Translations under genes and position numbers: made by a program
Notes under the pieces: generated by a model
Told to the model about the DNA's origin: nothing
What the model saw: the letters and a program-made list of their open reading frames with translations, nothing else
Database searches by the model: none
Part shown: piece by piece, positions 21,430 to 35,834 of the stretch
How the letters are laid out: the number at the start of each line of letters is the position of its first letter
How positions within the stretch are numbered: the first letter of the stretch is position 1
Assembly (NCBI GenBank): GCA_028023455.1
Contig: JAQFVV010000005.1
Location: forward strand, 15,500,001-15,564,000
Direction of reading: 5' to 3'
DNA: 64,000 nucleotides
DNA from: Epiperipatus broadwayi
Taxonomy: Eukaryota; Animalia; Onychophora

Positions 21430-23225
21430 TGTGAGTTTCTTCACATTTCATCTCAAATAAACATTACTGTTTTTGGAAAGAAAAAAGGAAGTAAATCAGT
21501 TCATTAAAGTTATTAGTTCCATAATAGAATTTTTAACTAAATTTCATTTACATAAATGCAGTATACTGGAATGAATTTGTATTACTAAAAAGAATTTTTT
21601 TTATTTTCTGTGATTTTTTTTTTTTTTTTTGTTTCTAATTATGATTAATCGTCTTCCGTTTTCTTTCCTGTGTTTTCAAAAAACAGACATTGATAATATT
21701 GATGGGGAGGGGGTATTAAGCTGTTTTTCGATAAACCATATTAAAATAGAATTTACATAGATCTTAGATAGAAACAAATTATTGTTCAAAAGCATTTGAT
21801 AATCCTAAAAGTTTGTTGCTGTAAATTTAGGTCAATATGTTTTGAAACTGAATACATTTTGTGTTAGCAAAAAGTGTGGTCTAGCAGATTTTATTGTGAC
21901 GACCATCCAGATTATGTATGTACGTGCCAAAAGTTGGAATATTATAAAGAATGCATTATTATTCAAATACATGATGGCTTCATACATATATGATTTAAAT
22001 TTTGTTAGAATGATTTGCTGGGAGCTCTTGTATTCACCTTTGGCCACATGCTCCATGGAGGAAGAAATGATGTCCAGCCTATAAGTAAGAAAATGACCTA
22101 GTACGAAGAAGAAGACTTGATTGCTCCATTCCAGCTCTATCATATAGTTACATGTCACCTTTACCAAAAAAGAAAAAGATATCTGCTGATGCCTGATAAT
22201 GATTAGCCAAAGTAGGAGATATTAACAAATCGCAAGACCAATCCTTGGAAAAATACTACAAGCTATTTTGTTAATCTGTAAAATCAGTAACTGTTAAAGA
22301 ACCGATAAAATTGTTTCAGTTATAATCCAGTCAAAAAGTATGTAGGAATCATCAATGGACTAAAAACTCATTCTAAACTTTGTTGACAAATAGAAAATAA
22401 AGAAAAAGATCATCCCAAGGATTATTAGACAATCAAAGTGTCAATATTTATTTTTACATAATTACCTTTTTGCCTGCAAAAGATGAACAAAAATTAAAAG
22501 TTAAGAATGATAAATTTTATTATCATATTATATAATTATTTTTCTCTTAGTTGTTTAATCATTAACACATATCAAATTTTATTTACATTAACCAACCTAC
22601 TCTAAATATTATATGTATGTGTGTTTGTTTTAGAATAAGATATATATTTGTTGTTGTTTTTTTTTTGCGTATTATCTAATTTCTAATTCAGGAATTGGAT
22701 GCATGTGTTATTAATTGTCATCTTATAATTCAATCTTGATGAGGCATTTGGGATAATAAAAATATTTTTTGTATTTGTGTATTTATCTAATTTATTAAAA
22801 AAAGGTAATGTAATATATCTTTATCTAGCAATGCAGATGCCTTGCTAAGGGCTGAACCAATTATTATTTGAGAGAATGTAGAGATTTCTTACATTTTGCT
22901 TTTATTAGAATAAAAAGTTATTGTTATATATATTTTTTGTTTTATTCACTTTTCATTGATGCATTTCACCTAGTTAAATTATTGAGTAGTGCAGCATTGC
23001 TAGTGAGTTTCATGAATTCTAAAAAGGTATAAAGTTAAACCTAGGTTGCTAATTGTGTCGTTCTGGGTCTTTAATAATATAATCAGCCTAAACTGATAAA
23101 TATTCTAGCTACTTTAGGTATCATGGGTTATATTCGTATGATGAGCAGGAAGTATTACTGTTGTAGAGTTAACATTATCGACAATAAGTTTTAAAGTGAT
23201 AATATCCCTCAGTATACTCATCATA
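21430..23225 (+). repeat. ~1.8 kb diverged intronic duplicate (copy B) containing an RTE-like RT relic
   Basis: Shared anchors with copy A include aaatgcagtat.ctggaatgaattt, ccaaaagttggaatattataaag and ctacaagctattttgttaa. Confidence 0.8.
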
Positions 23226-23993
23226 GTTTATGTTGGTTTAATAAGCCATTATCTTATTTCCTTGGAGCCAGTTACATTTGCTTTGCTGCCCAAGTATGGT
23301 CTGGTCATACCAGGGAGTTCAGTTACAGTATATATATATATATATGGGGGGGGAGAATAGATAATATTTTGATGCAACCTGGAAATTATATGCATCAAGT
23401 GAAAAAACTTTTTTACATTTTATTGACTATTTTCTTTTTTCCAAAATTTAAGGTCATATTTAATCTTTGCTAACCCATTAAGCAAGATTTTGATACCAAA
23501 CTTTTTGATTAGTGACAAAAAGACCAAAAAGAATTATCGCTAATATGTGCCTTTTAAAATGTATGCAATTTTTCAAAATATAGTTATACAGTTCAACAAT
23601 TTCATGAATATTAGTGGAAGCAGTATTATAGAGACATAAAATAAGTTTCAAAAAGATTACAATTTATTTGACCGTTATAGTAATTTAAGTATTCTTTATA
23701 TTTTTTCTTTAGCTGGTCTAGTTGTTTTTATAACCCCATATATGAATCACAACTACTATACATAAATTGAAAATATAAACTTATTCGCAGACCATTGTTA
23801 TTATAATTTACAAATCAGATTCCTAAAGAATCATTTTTAATAAATTTGCAAATAACATCCACTATCTTGTATTAATGTCAACTCATTGATTAGATAATAA
23901 AAAAATAGCCACTTTTATGATTCTTGGTTAAATTAGCTAAGCATTCATACTTCCAAATTATGAAGCTTTTGTATTACTGGTGATATTTGTACT

Positions 23994-24213
23994 TATTAAT
24001 CAAACCTATTTACAGTTTCAAATAATAAACCAGATGAAATTGTAATAATTTTAATAAGTTCATAAATAAATCATCGCTATTAAATATGTAATGTTGAAAA
24101 CATATAAATTTATTTGTGGATGAACTAAGTCAGAATACATTACTATAATTTGTTTTAATTATTAGAATTTCATCTGGTTTGTTATTTGAAGTTACAAACT
24201 AGTTTGATTAATA
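23994..24213. repeat. Imperfect inverted repeat (~60-bp arms, ~100-bp spacer), MITE-like
   Basis: tattaatcaaacc...aaccagatgaaatt versus aatttcatctggttt...gtttgattaata. Confidence 0.7.
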
Positions 24214-25016
24214 ATTATAAAAATTGCTGCTAATATAAAAGTTTCACACTTTTAAAAATTTTATTTTAGTTCATTTTCCATTTAAGAACATGGAGTCATA
24301 AAATAATTACTTATCTGTTTAATGAATTGACATTAATATGAAAAATTGCGCATTTATTAAAAATGATTATTTAATAATCTGACTTGTGAATTATATTAAA
24401 GTAATTGGATTCATTTGGTCATGAACAAGTTTATATATAAATTTATTTATTGTATTAGTAAAAGGAGTGAATAGCAACAAGTATATTAAATGAATAGCCT
24501 ACACATTGGGAAGCCAAATGGGTGTGTAAGAGCTGTAAGATGTAAGAAATACAGAGTACATAAATACAAGGATGCAGTCATCGATGTAATCTGGAGACAA
24601 AGGATATCTTATATTGATTCCAAACTACATTCAAAATAAATAAATACAGTAATTATAATATAGGTGATGAATGAACTCAAATTTAACCTTAAAAATTGTA
24701 AATAAATTTTATGTATGTACTTATTATGTTAAGCAAATGTATTTAATATGTATAATGTGTAATACTAAATTTCCAAAGATGCATGGTTTAAATACGTACT
24801 GTATTTAATCTTCAAATAATCACATATTATTCAAAATATCTGTTATGCTGATTTCTTACACCTATGATGTTTAATATGTTAACATTATTGAAAACTCTTG
24901 ATCATTTTAGATCAGCATAGTTTTAAATAATAAGCACCTTTGTAATCACTGATCAAAATAACAATTGATAATCTGTCTTTTCTTTCTTTCTTTCTTTTTT
25001 TTTTTTTTTTTTATAG

Positions 25017-25128
25017 TCTCCAAGTGATATTTTTTTAAAAAATTGTTTTAATCTTCTGAAAATTGTTCAATCGTCCGCTCAAAAATCTCAAAATTCAGAT
25101 GATGAAAAATGGTTGATACGATTACCAA
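25017..25128 (+). CDS. NOC4L: NOC4L exon (phase 0-1)
   Basis: Long polypyrimidine tract ending ttatag; gtaagt donor; encodes SPSDIFLKNCFNLLKIVQSSAQKSQNSDDEKWLIRLP, resembling Noc4 P..F..N.F.LL; phases fit both neighbouring exons. Confidence 0.8.
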
Positions 25129-25743
25129 GTAAGTAAATTTTATGTATTTTTTCAAAGTATTGAAACTGAAATGATGAATTAAAAGAATGTATATCTGCTA
25201 AAAAATATTCTCAACCAGAAGTTGAAACACAAACTTTTTGCTCTCTAGAAATTTACTATTTTGCAACTAAGCCATGTTTTTACTATGTGCATATGTATAT
25301 ACATTTATTTATGTAATGAATCATAAGAGTCCACAGCTAACTAGTTATTACATGTATATTAAATCACTACAGCCCTCATGCTCAAACAAACCATTAGAAT
25401 ATCAGTAGCAACATTACAATTAGGTATTAATAGAAGCCATTGATCACCTTTTTCTAAGATTTTAATGACTTGAAATGAATACAAAGTCAGAAATAGATCT
25501 GAAATTAAATCTGCCTAGAAGTTTAAATTATCTTTATATGATAAACTGTTTAAAGATTTTAGTCAAAGACAAGAAGTGGATTTCATTTGCTGCCCAATTA
25601 AATTAACTTCATTACAATAGTCTCTAAAGATGTTAGATAAGAATGGGAAATAGTTTTCATTTACTGTGCAATTGTAATGTGTCTTGACAACACATTGTTG
25701 ATATTTCTATTGTTATTTGAGCATGAAAACTGCTGGTGTAATT

Positions 25744-25873
25744 TATATATTTGTTGTCACAGATATCATGGGTTTTGTGATGCAGCAGTAGTATATCTGC
25801 AACTGCTGATGTAATGTATATATTTGTTGACACAGATATCATGGGTTTTGTGATGCAGTAGTAGTATATCTGC
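25744..25873. repeat. Tandem duplication, period 73 bp
   Basis: tatatatttgttg.cacagatatcatgggttttgtgatgcag.agtagtatatctgc starts at 25744 and again at 25817. Confidence 0.88.
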
Positions 25874-28800
25874 CAACCATTCTTATAGTCTGTTTGAATC
25901 CAGATTGAAAAAGTTTGAAAATGTTTTCAATAGTCTTGACAGTAGATAGTTATTTTACTATTCTTAGTTAAAGGTAGAACAATAAAAGTAAACCATTCAG
26001 ATCCTCATCACATAGGATTGACAGGCCTGACAATTACTATCTTCCTTCACTGCTCCTTCATGAAGAGTTTCGAAATGCCCTTTGCTTTGCAGGAGTCTCT
26101 TTAATCTTTTATTCACTTTTGCTTATACATACAGAATTTATTCAATAACTAAGTTTCACACATCCAAGTTATTTTCTTTGGTAAACTTTAAATTGATTCT
26201 CTTCATAATCATTTTCAATATTAAGCATTAAGTTATTAGCCCACCAATGTGCAACTTTTCAAAACTTCCTATAAAACAAAACTAAAGATTCCCCATCTGG
26301 ATGAAGTATTATGCTATTGTTTTAATCCCACTTGAACAGTGTTTAACCTTCAGTATAATATTTAAATGTTTATTAGCACAAATAAAAAGAACAAAACGTT
26401 GGCATGTCTAATGAATTGAAATATAGCTAGCAATTCAACTCATCTAGCAGATTATGTATTGTAAAAAGAAAAGTTAATTTTTATTTCAGTAAATATATTG
26501 AAATGTTTCTTATTTTTAAGATGAGATATTCCATTGAGGTTGCAAGAGAATAAAGATTATAAGCTTGCAGTTTAATGGGATGCTATTAATATAATAAATA
26601 TGATTAATGTATGATTCATTTTAATAATCTTGCAAACAACCAATCAATGAATTTGATTTAAAATTTCAAAAAGTCAGTGCAGCATCAATACATATTATGC
26701 TTTAATTGAAGAAAGTGGGAAGTGGTTTGAAGTTATATTTAACAACGAATAAAAGTCATTAGCTCATAAAATCATATTGAGAAAGAGATGCTTAAATATA
26801 TTTTTAAAAAATGCTTTTAGAAGCAATAGTTCATTCTATTTCAGAGCCATCTATTGCATTTTTGATTTATCTATGGTTGCTATATATTAATGCTATATTT
26901 TTATTCCCTGACTAGTTTCTGGTTAATATCCTTGTCAGTAAGGATTTTTGCATCATGTTTAAGCAAAGAAGGTCATCACATTTTGTTGATATTTAAAAAC
27001 TGCATTCAAAAAGCTCATTTTCTTTAATATTTAGAATCAATGTCTTAGCATTAATCAGCTGATTACTGTTAAGTTTAAAGATTTGAAATAATTTCCATTC
27101 TACTACTTATGATTTCAGAATGAATAGATAAAAGAATTAAGTTTTCAGAAATGTTGAGCCAATTAGCAATGAATGGAATTGAGAAGAAAATTACCAGTGA
27201 AATATATGTGAACATTTATTCATATAGTTAATTTTTTTATGTATAAACAAATCCTTAGTAAACCTACTACAGTTAGAGTTGTGCATTAAGGGAATGAAGG
27301 ATTTTGTTTTCCCTGAAAAATGCATTGTAAATCTTGCATTTATTTGTACAAGCTGCTACTGGTGTAAGTCCAACTTTGACAGTAATATTTGAAAGTTGTG
27401 TGATGCACTTTCTTTTTGCGAGAATTGCACTGGCGATAAATAGCAAACAGCTTGCTGCATATTTATCAAGTTATGAATGATAAAAATTCATATCTTATTT
27501 TTAAGAAATTTTATTACATTTGCAAATAGCTATGCTTATCAGTTCATGTGAATATTATAGACTTTGATGAATCATATCTTATCTTGACTACATTTTGTTG
27601 ATGTGAACAATATTATTGAAAGCAGTAAGTAATCTGTAATGATGTATGCCTAATTAGAATAAGTTTGCACATCTTAGAACTGGTAATTTTAGTTAAATGT
27701 TTAAATTAATTTGCATAGTGAATATTTGGTCAAGATTAATGTTAGTTGTATTAAACTTATAGTTAGATAATGATTCATTGACCATGAAGTACATTGACCC
27801 TTTCTTACTATAGTTGGCTCAATAGATCAAATAGTTTGGTAGTGAAAAAAATGGATGGCATGCCAATATGAATTACACTTTGAATTTTTTTCTTTCGAAT
27901 GATTTATTTGGATTCTTATATGTGCTGTCTTGAGTAGGGTTTATGTAGTTTAATTCTGATGTAGCATGAAGTAAAATCATTTTAGTATTTAAATATAACG
28001 TGACTTTATGGGCAACTACTGTTTAAAATTTTTCTTGTAAATTGTTGGTATTTGAGAATACAGTCTAAGCATATCTGTAAAAGCATTATATGGCTTAATG
28101 ATACAGTTCTAATCTTCAAATATTTCTCTTTGGATGTTTACTACCCCAAATAAAGATGGTATTACAACATAAAGCTTTTGCATCTACATTTTTAAAATCT
28201 AATTCAATCCTGATTTGAGGTAGTTTTGGTGATTTGAAGGATAACGTTCTAATTTGGTATTTGATAGTACTATTTGAGTTAGTCTAATGAGTGAAGTTGT
28301 TCTTATGATACTTGGTTAATGTTATCCACAAGTAGCTGAAGGGGTTTTTTCAAACATAATGAGTAATGATTTAGAACTCAAAAAGTTGAACAAATACTTC
28401 ATGGAAGTAATGTATATTACGAACTACATCATAAATTTTCACATTACCTCTTTAAACATGCTATTATAGACCCAGGAAAAGTGTAAATGTCTCTTAAGAA
28501 GTATTTGACATGTTTCGTTAGTTGATTCAAGTTACAAATATCTCAATCAGTTTTATTTACAAATATCACTTTATAATCTTGCATTCATATAATTGAAGTT
28601 GAAAATAAGAAATTATTGGTATACTATAAAGATTAAGTAATTTATTCCACAACTTTTTATATAATCTAATTTATGAGTAACTTGAAAAAAAAAAACTTTA
28701 TTATTGGGATATATTAATATCTTCTTTGAATACTCTACATTTTTTTTAAAGCATTAACATAGAAATAATTTGTATAAAATTAATATTATTTATTAAATTA

Positions 28801-30353
28801 AGAAAAATTTATTATTGGAAAAAATTTGTAATTGATAATGAACGCCCTATAGTTAATTTTATAATTAATAAATATATTTGTGTATGTATACTGTAAGTGG
28901 ATTATTATGCAACTTTGAAAGAAATCAAGTTACATTTCTGTTAATTAATGAAAAGATTCCCTCTTTTTTCTTTTTTTCATACAAGCAGTATGATAAAGAT
29001 AAATAGAATTAATTTGCTGCTAAAACTACATAAAATGAGATTGCTGTTAGTAATTTTTTTTTTTCTTTTTTCACACCAAATTATTTGAATGATATGAAGT
29101 AGTTAGAATGTTTTGTTTTGCATAATTTTTCTATACATACATTTATAAACAAATAATTTAATAATGCCATAAATATAATTATTTTAGGAGATATTAATTT
29201 CATGCACCATCTAGAGAATTTTTTCTTAAACAGTTTATCACATATCGTTGAAATGGGCTGACTTTTATTTGTTAATAAAAATTTAGAAATCCTCTGTAAT
29301 GTATGAAAAATTAATATTGTTTCAAATAATTATATATATAAATATTTAGCCCTGCATGGTTTGGTGTAATGATAAAATGACAGATTTCGGAGCTTACGAT
29401 TCATAGATTGCACTCAGATTTATCACTTCCAGCCATTGAACTTCTCAAGAACTCTCAGCCAATAAAGCTATTTGTCTATTATTATTTTATACTTATATTG
29501 TGGCAGTTAGTTTAAGCCACAAGTTATAAAAGAGAATAATAAAATAAAACTGCTATTATTTAATTAGTTTTGCTTTAAGAAAATAATTATTAAGAAAGTT
29601 AAAACATAAAGTATAATTTTATTTTAGTTATGGATGTATAAATTGATCATAATCAGTTCGGGAGTATATGTATGCATGTGGAATAAATGAAAATAAACTC
29701 TCACAAACTGATATATTTATTTGTTTTATTATAAAATATATATTGTACCAAGATCATAGTTGGTACATAATAATTTTATCTAAAAAATTATTAAAATAAA
29801 AATCTTTCTTAAAAGAAAAACGTAAAATTAAAAGTTTTAAGAGTTTTACTGCAGTTTGTTTAGTAAGCGTAAAAGTTAAAGAGTTTTTTTGAAATAAAAG
29901 TTACAATTAATTAATTAAAAGAGGGGAGGGGGGTTTTGCATTAGAAAAGTCAAACTAAAAGTTTATAAAAAAAGTAGAGTTTTTATTATTATTATTATTA
30001 GTTAAGTGTAACGTAAAGCTTAAAAATATAAATCTCTTTTCATTCGAGTTAAAGAAAAAAAAGTAATCTTAAAAAACTAAATAATGAATTTATCTTAAAT
30101 TATATATGTGCGAGACTAAACAAAGAAATGATAAATGCGTGTATATGTGCGTGTTAAAATTATATTGAAAATAAATTAAAGTTAAAAAATTAAAAAAAAC
30201 ACTCGGCGGTGGCTATTAATAAAAATATAACAAACAATACGTTTGCATGGCTACTAATTAAACGATCTTCAAAAACACGTAATTAAATGATTATCAAAGG
30301 AATTTCGACAACAGATATTGCTGGAGGATATTAAAATGACAACACGTCGTATG

Positions 30354-30388
30354 TATAAATAGCCAATTTTTTTATCGGACAGTTAGTC
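30354..30388 (+). promoter_or_regulatory. Candidate intronic Pol II core promoter (TATA + Inr-like)
   Basis: TATAAATA at 30354; the A of TTAGTC is at 30385 (31-nt spacing); lies in a locally CpG-retaining ~1 kb patch; a GT donor follows at 30721. Confidence 0.3.
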
Positions 30389-31437
30389 GAATTAATTGCA
30401 TCAGAGATAGCAGTTGAGTTCAGTTCAGTCAGTCCGTTCTGATAACAGTTTAGTTTATTATGAATCAATCAAGAATGCAGTGTTAAAACCACGTGAAATA
30501 TGCGGCTGTCTCTATCCTGAAGTCCAGTAAAACAGCAAGACCTGCCCGTGAAAATAATGTCTGCGTAACAGCTTGAAGAATCTCCGTCAATATCTAATTG
30601 TCTCCAGGAATAATACCAACTAATAATCATCAAATCTCCGCAGGAAAACTTCAAATCTAACCGGTTAGAATATTTTATTAGAAGCAGCAAACAGCAAGAA
30701 GTCCACGTTCAAAATCTTAGGTAACAACATTTTCTTATTCTCATTTATAAAGCAGCCATCACATTCGTGTGAATCCTCCAAGAGTCAAGGATATGAACTC
30801 TATATCATACATAAAATGAACTATTGATATGTGTGTTTAAATTTCAAATACTATTAATACTTTATTACTATATATGTCAGTGTGTGAATTAAGTATGTTT
30901 ATGATAAAAAATACCAATATTATGTTAGTTAAAAATTATAAAAGTATTTAAATTTAGTATAATTAGTGTTAATTAAATAAATTGTCTTTAAACTTAAACT
31001 TTATTTTGTCAGTCAATTCTTTTTAACCAATCTTTCCATCAATTCTTTTATGCCACTAGTTAAGGAATAAATTCTTATTGATTACAAATAACTGAGCTAG
31101 TCATGGGTAGCTAGGCGTTGAATTAGTGGCCATTGTTCAAAGTGTGTTATTTATCCTCTTGGATAATTAACTGGCGCCCGTGTTTATACAAAACAAAAAA
31201 GTGCTTTGAACATGGTGTTGAATTCAACAGTCGAGAAGAAGTTATGTCCTGGAAATGTAACGCTAGTTATATATCTTATAGCTCTCGTTTAGACATACAT
31301 ACTCTCTGAGTATGTTCTTCTCTGCCTAAGAGGCCGGTGTTTCGAACCTCTCATATTCGAACCCGGGCAATATACATATATTAATATTATTGATGATTAA
31401 TTTATTTATATAGCACAAACTACGTATGTGATAGATA

Positions 31438-31591
31438 TAAGATGAGTAACCTCCAATCTTGCTCTTGTATGAATTTATGTGCACACACCTGTGAGCATTA
31501 CTTTAAAGAGCACGTATGCTTTTTAAACTAATGCTCATAGATGAGTGCACATAAATTTGTAAAAGCACAAGACTGGAAGTTAGTCACCTTA
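31438..31591. repeat. Small fold-back element (MITE-like hairpin)
   Basis: taagatgagtaacctccaatcttg...gtgcac...gagcatta is the imperfect reverse complement of taatgctc...gtgcac...caagactggaagttagtcacctta. Confidence 0.8.
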
Positions 31592-34231
31592 TTTATATTT
31601 TTATTTTGTATATTATATTTAGTTTTGTTCAAAAAACATTATTTTGAATGTATATAAAAAGATTTTTTTAAATTAATATTCTGATTGTGAGAAGGCAGGA
31701 AAGAGAGAAACGTGCTATGGTCTTGAATTGAGCAATAGCAGAAAAGTTTGTCTCCATAATTTATAATAAATCAAGGACCTATTTATTTAATTTCGAACTT
31801 ATAAATAAAAATGTAGTTCTGAGGTGAAGTTTATTTCTCTCAACACCCAAATTTCCAAAAAGCTGAATTAATAATTAATGGAATAATAGTTTAGCTTAAG
31901 TTTATTTTTTTCAGTTATAGTTCGTTTAATGATGATTCTACTATAGAAGCAAAGCATGAAATATTCAGATAAACTAATCCAAATAATCAATATAATTCAA
32001 TTATCAAACAATACCATGAGAAGCTATGCTATCAGATATAAATTAGTGTCTGAGAAAAAAAATATCATAATTGGTAAAACAGACTAAACAATTACTTTTG
32101 TTTTAATAGTGCATTTCAACATATTAAATAATTCAAATAGTAATATTGTTTTATTTCAAAGTATTATTGATGGGAAAGTTTTCTAGAAATAATAATTCAT
32201 ATATTTTGGTTAATAGTTTATTAACCTTTCAAAAAAATATATATTCAATTTAAAGAATAATATTTTTAAAAAAATATTGATAGAAAAATGTTCTATTTGC
32301 ATATATTTGAATATCTATAAATTTTTAAAATAAATAGTTAAAAAAAAATAAGTATACACTTTTATAATTGGATATACACTTATGAATTTTCATTTTTGAA
32401 CTATATAAATAGACTTTAATTTTGTTGAGTAGATATTTTTAATAATTTTATATAGATTGGTAAACAAATTTTGTTTGTCATGACCTTGAGTTTCAGTATA
32501 AAGTTGTATTAGAGGAATAAGATCTCAGCTTTCATGCATTAAGAAAATGCATTGTTATGTACATAATGTAAAATTTGAAGAAATAGGTATTTATCTTATG
32601 ATGATGATGATCTGTTAATCAAAATAATGTTGCTAATGAATACAGCAGTATTGTATATGTTGAATAGAAAATAGATATAAATGAAACATTTTATATAAAA
32701 GCAAGATGAGTATATGTGTTTTTGTTAATATAAAGATGTTTGCCAGTCAAAAGAGAATAAAATTAAATAGTATGACAGAACAAATATGTATAGAATATTT
32801 AACAGATATATTCATCTCTGTAGTTATAAGATGTTTTGTGATTTTTAATGCTAGTTTGATATAAAATTTCTCAGGTTAATAATTATAATATTTAACAAAT
32901 CAATGTAAATTATAGATGTTAAGCAAACACACAGAATGATAATAATTGGTATATGTGGTCAATATAATATACGTTATTGATTTGCAAATATTTAAAGTTT
33001 ATTTTACATGTTTGTATTCTAGTGTTGGGAACATAGATTAATTTCTAGCTGATCTAAATAATTTTCAGTGATATTCATTTATTTTTACAAAAGAATATAA
33101 TAGTACAATTTTAAGAAAATTGATTGTGGATAGTCAAGACAGGTAAAAATGGCAACAGAGAATATTGTACATATCAAGTGCTTAATTTTTAATTTTATTT
33201 TTATTTATTTACTTATTGTTAGTTTTGTATTATATTTTATTCATATATGTTCTGCAGTAAAAAAATTATATTTTTGTTAGCAATTGTTATGATGGTCCTT
33301 AGTGTCAATTTCATATATGCATTTATTTTATTTTTAATTTAATGCATATCTGGCAATGACAGATATTACAATGGGCTTATAATATTAATTCATGTTTCAT
33401 TTAGGATCATCAACATTCATTATCTGTCTAATAATTTATAGTACTAGTATCCTAACCATAAAGTTAATGTGACCAAGTAGGGGGGGGGGGGGCAATCTGA
33501 CTTGTATGGTGCTTGTAATTTAGAAATATTTGCAAGCTGGAATGAATTGTAATCCATTTTTAATTGATAGATTTTACTTGCTGCTACAATTTGACTTGCA
33601 TTCATGGTATATCTCTCTATATACTCCTTTCTGACTGTTATAATGTATATGAAATAAATATTAATCATAAAAATAATTTTTGTAACTATAAGATTTATTA
33701 TAACAAAAATAAAGCATAATGAGAAGATATGTAAAAAATATAATTAGGCTAAATCATAATCTATATATATGACAGGCATTTTTATAATAAGTACAGACTT
33801 GTGTAAGTCAGACTTGGGTTAAAAAGCTGAATGTTTATAGAATTTCATATCAAGTCAGTGCTAAATCAGAATTTATGGATACAAAAAATGTGGTGCATTA
33901 AATAAAGAACTAAAATTATATCTTAGTATATTAAGTTGGGTTTGCTCCACTGCACATTTTTTCCTGTTCTGATAAGATAAAGATCTTGGAGACTCATTCT
34001 CATTGCTTTTATGGTTACTTTCGTTCAACTTGTAGATTTAATAATTTCTATTAGTCATTCATTAGAATAAATTATCCACTTAATGAATTATATGTCTGTA
34101 CTGTACGCAAAATAGGAATTGATTTCTATCTGATTTTAACACTTCATGGAGAAGGTGTAGTCATAAACATATGACCAAAGAAATATTATTATCTTGTAGA
34201 TTTAATTATTGGGGGGTTTACATATGTCATA

Positions 34232-34310
34232 GCATCGGCCGGGAGGCGAACTATCTGCAACCAACTGCTTGCTTGTAAGGCAGCTGCGCTAACCTCTCGG
34301 CTAACAATGC
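34232..34310 (-). pseudogene. tRNA-derived sequence (tRNA-Val(TAC)-like pseudogene or SINE head)
   Basis: Minus strand GCATTGT-TAGCCGAGAGG (A box)...ctgc cTTACAa gca (anticodon arm)...AGTTCG (B-box-like)...CGATGC (pairs with the 5' end); the variable and T arms are irregular. Confidence 0.55.
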
Positions 34311-34544
34311 TTGATTTATTTGTTTGTTTTTTTTTCTTTAAATTTTCTAAACTGTAGACTTTTTTCCCATTGAATTAAGAACTCTTATTGTCAAAATATG
34401 AATCTTTGTGCTTATTATTTTGGATACTAATAAGCATTGATTGTTTTTGTTAATTGTTATTGTTCAAGGAATTCTAAGTAGATTCTTCCAATGTTAAACA
34501 ACAATTTAATGATTTTATAATAGTTGTTTTGTTTTGTTTTTTAG

Positions 34545-34621
34545 ATTCAATTAAAACAGCATATAGAAAAATGGTGAATGATTTATTTTGTCAAGCATGG
34601 TTGGACTATTTAGTATTTAGG
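34545..34621 (+). CDS. NOC4L: NOC4L exon (phase 1-0)
   Basis: ttttag acceptor, gtaaat donor; (N)SIKTAYRKMVNDLFCQAWLDYLVFR, matching the Noc4 F..AWL.FL motif. Confidence 0.88.
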
Positions 34622-34717
34622 GTAAATTTTTGGGTTTTTTTTTTTTTCTAGATTTTAATACCTATCTTTTATTTCTTTTCAAATTAAAATACATTTATAT
34701 ATATATATGTATTTTAG

Positions 34718-34829
34718 CTGCCTAATAGCCTGTACAAAGAAGTATTATTAATTTTACCAGATCAGGTCATCCCATTTTTCAACAAACCACTCCTTCTATC
34801 AGATTTTTTAATAGAATCTTATGAACTTG
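34718..34829 (+). CDS. NOC4L: NOC4L exon (phase 0-1)
   Basis: Follows a 96-nt intron; LPNSLYKEVLLILPDQVIPFFNKPLLLSDFLIESYEL(G), matching the Noc4 LP.SLYK.VL...P.L..DFL motif. Confidence 0.95.
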
Positions 34830-35794
34830 GTAATATTATTTTTTGTAATGTAACTATCCTCTACTATGTATTTATATAAATTAGTAATATTGAATGCATA
34901 TCTAAAAATTACTATTTAATGAAAAATTAATTCAAATTATATTGCTTAAGAGAAAAATATAATTGCAAAGGCTTTACGCTAATTTTATTTTTTGTGATTT
35001 GCAAATTTATATATATATTTATTTGCTTTTAAATAAAATATTTGGTATGAAAGATTATTTGCAAAACATATTTTTTAATTAAACATGATATTTTTTCAAA
35101 CAGTTTTGAAATATATGTGATTTTTAAAAGCAAGAACCATCTGTATTTATAGTTTTTTTCTTGTTTTTTTTTTTTATCTTGAAACTTTTTAATTTCTCAG
35201 TGAAAATTGTTAATATGGGATTTTTTAAAATGTAAATATATATATTTAGAGAATAAGTTATTTTGAAATGAGAAAAATCTTAAGCAACTTTTAGCTTTAA
35301 TATCTTAATAGCTTTTTTAAGTAGAAATATATAAAATTTAGGGATATTGAGATGCAGCACAGATCTCAATATGCTGCTGTGGTTTTTAATAAGTTAAAAG
35401 ATAAGAGCATTTCATCATAGTGAAATAAATATAGCAATTAAATTAGCTCTATATAGAACAGTTATTTTATTTAATTTATAGTATCAATGTAACATAAAGG
35501 TATTTTTAAAATGTCATTGTAAATCAGAATTTTTCAATTTGCTAGATATGGTATTATAAGTTCAATTGTTGTAAAATGACATCTTTATCAGACTCTAGTT
35601 ATCTGATTTAAGTATTATTCATCATGAATAAGAGTGTTAATATTTTTTCAATATTTTGCAAAGAAATTTGAGACTTAATATTTTTTTATGTAGATTTCAT
35701 AATTTATTGATTATATATGAAATCTTCTAATATATAATAAAACTTACACTATCAAAACATTTTGATAAAGATATATGAAAGAAACAAATGATTC

Positions 35795-35834
35795 CCAAGA
35801 TATTTTTCTGGAAGAACTAGCCATCATCAGTTGA
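35795..35834 (-). ncRNA. Minimal type I hammerhead motif, canonical core, eroded stem III
   Basis: TCAA-CTGATGA-TGG ctagttctt CCA-GAAA-AATA-TC^TTGG; stems I and II pair, but stem III is not palindromic. Confidence 0.6.
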
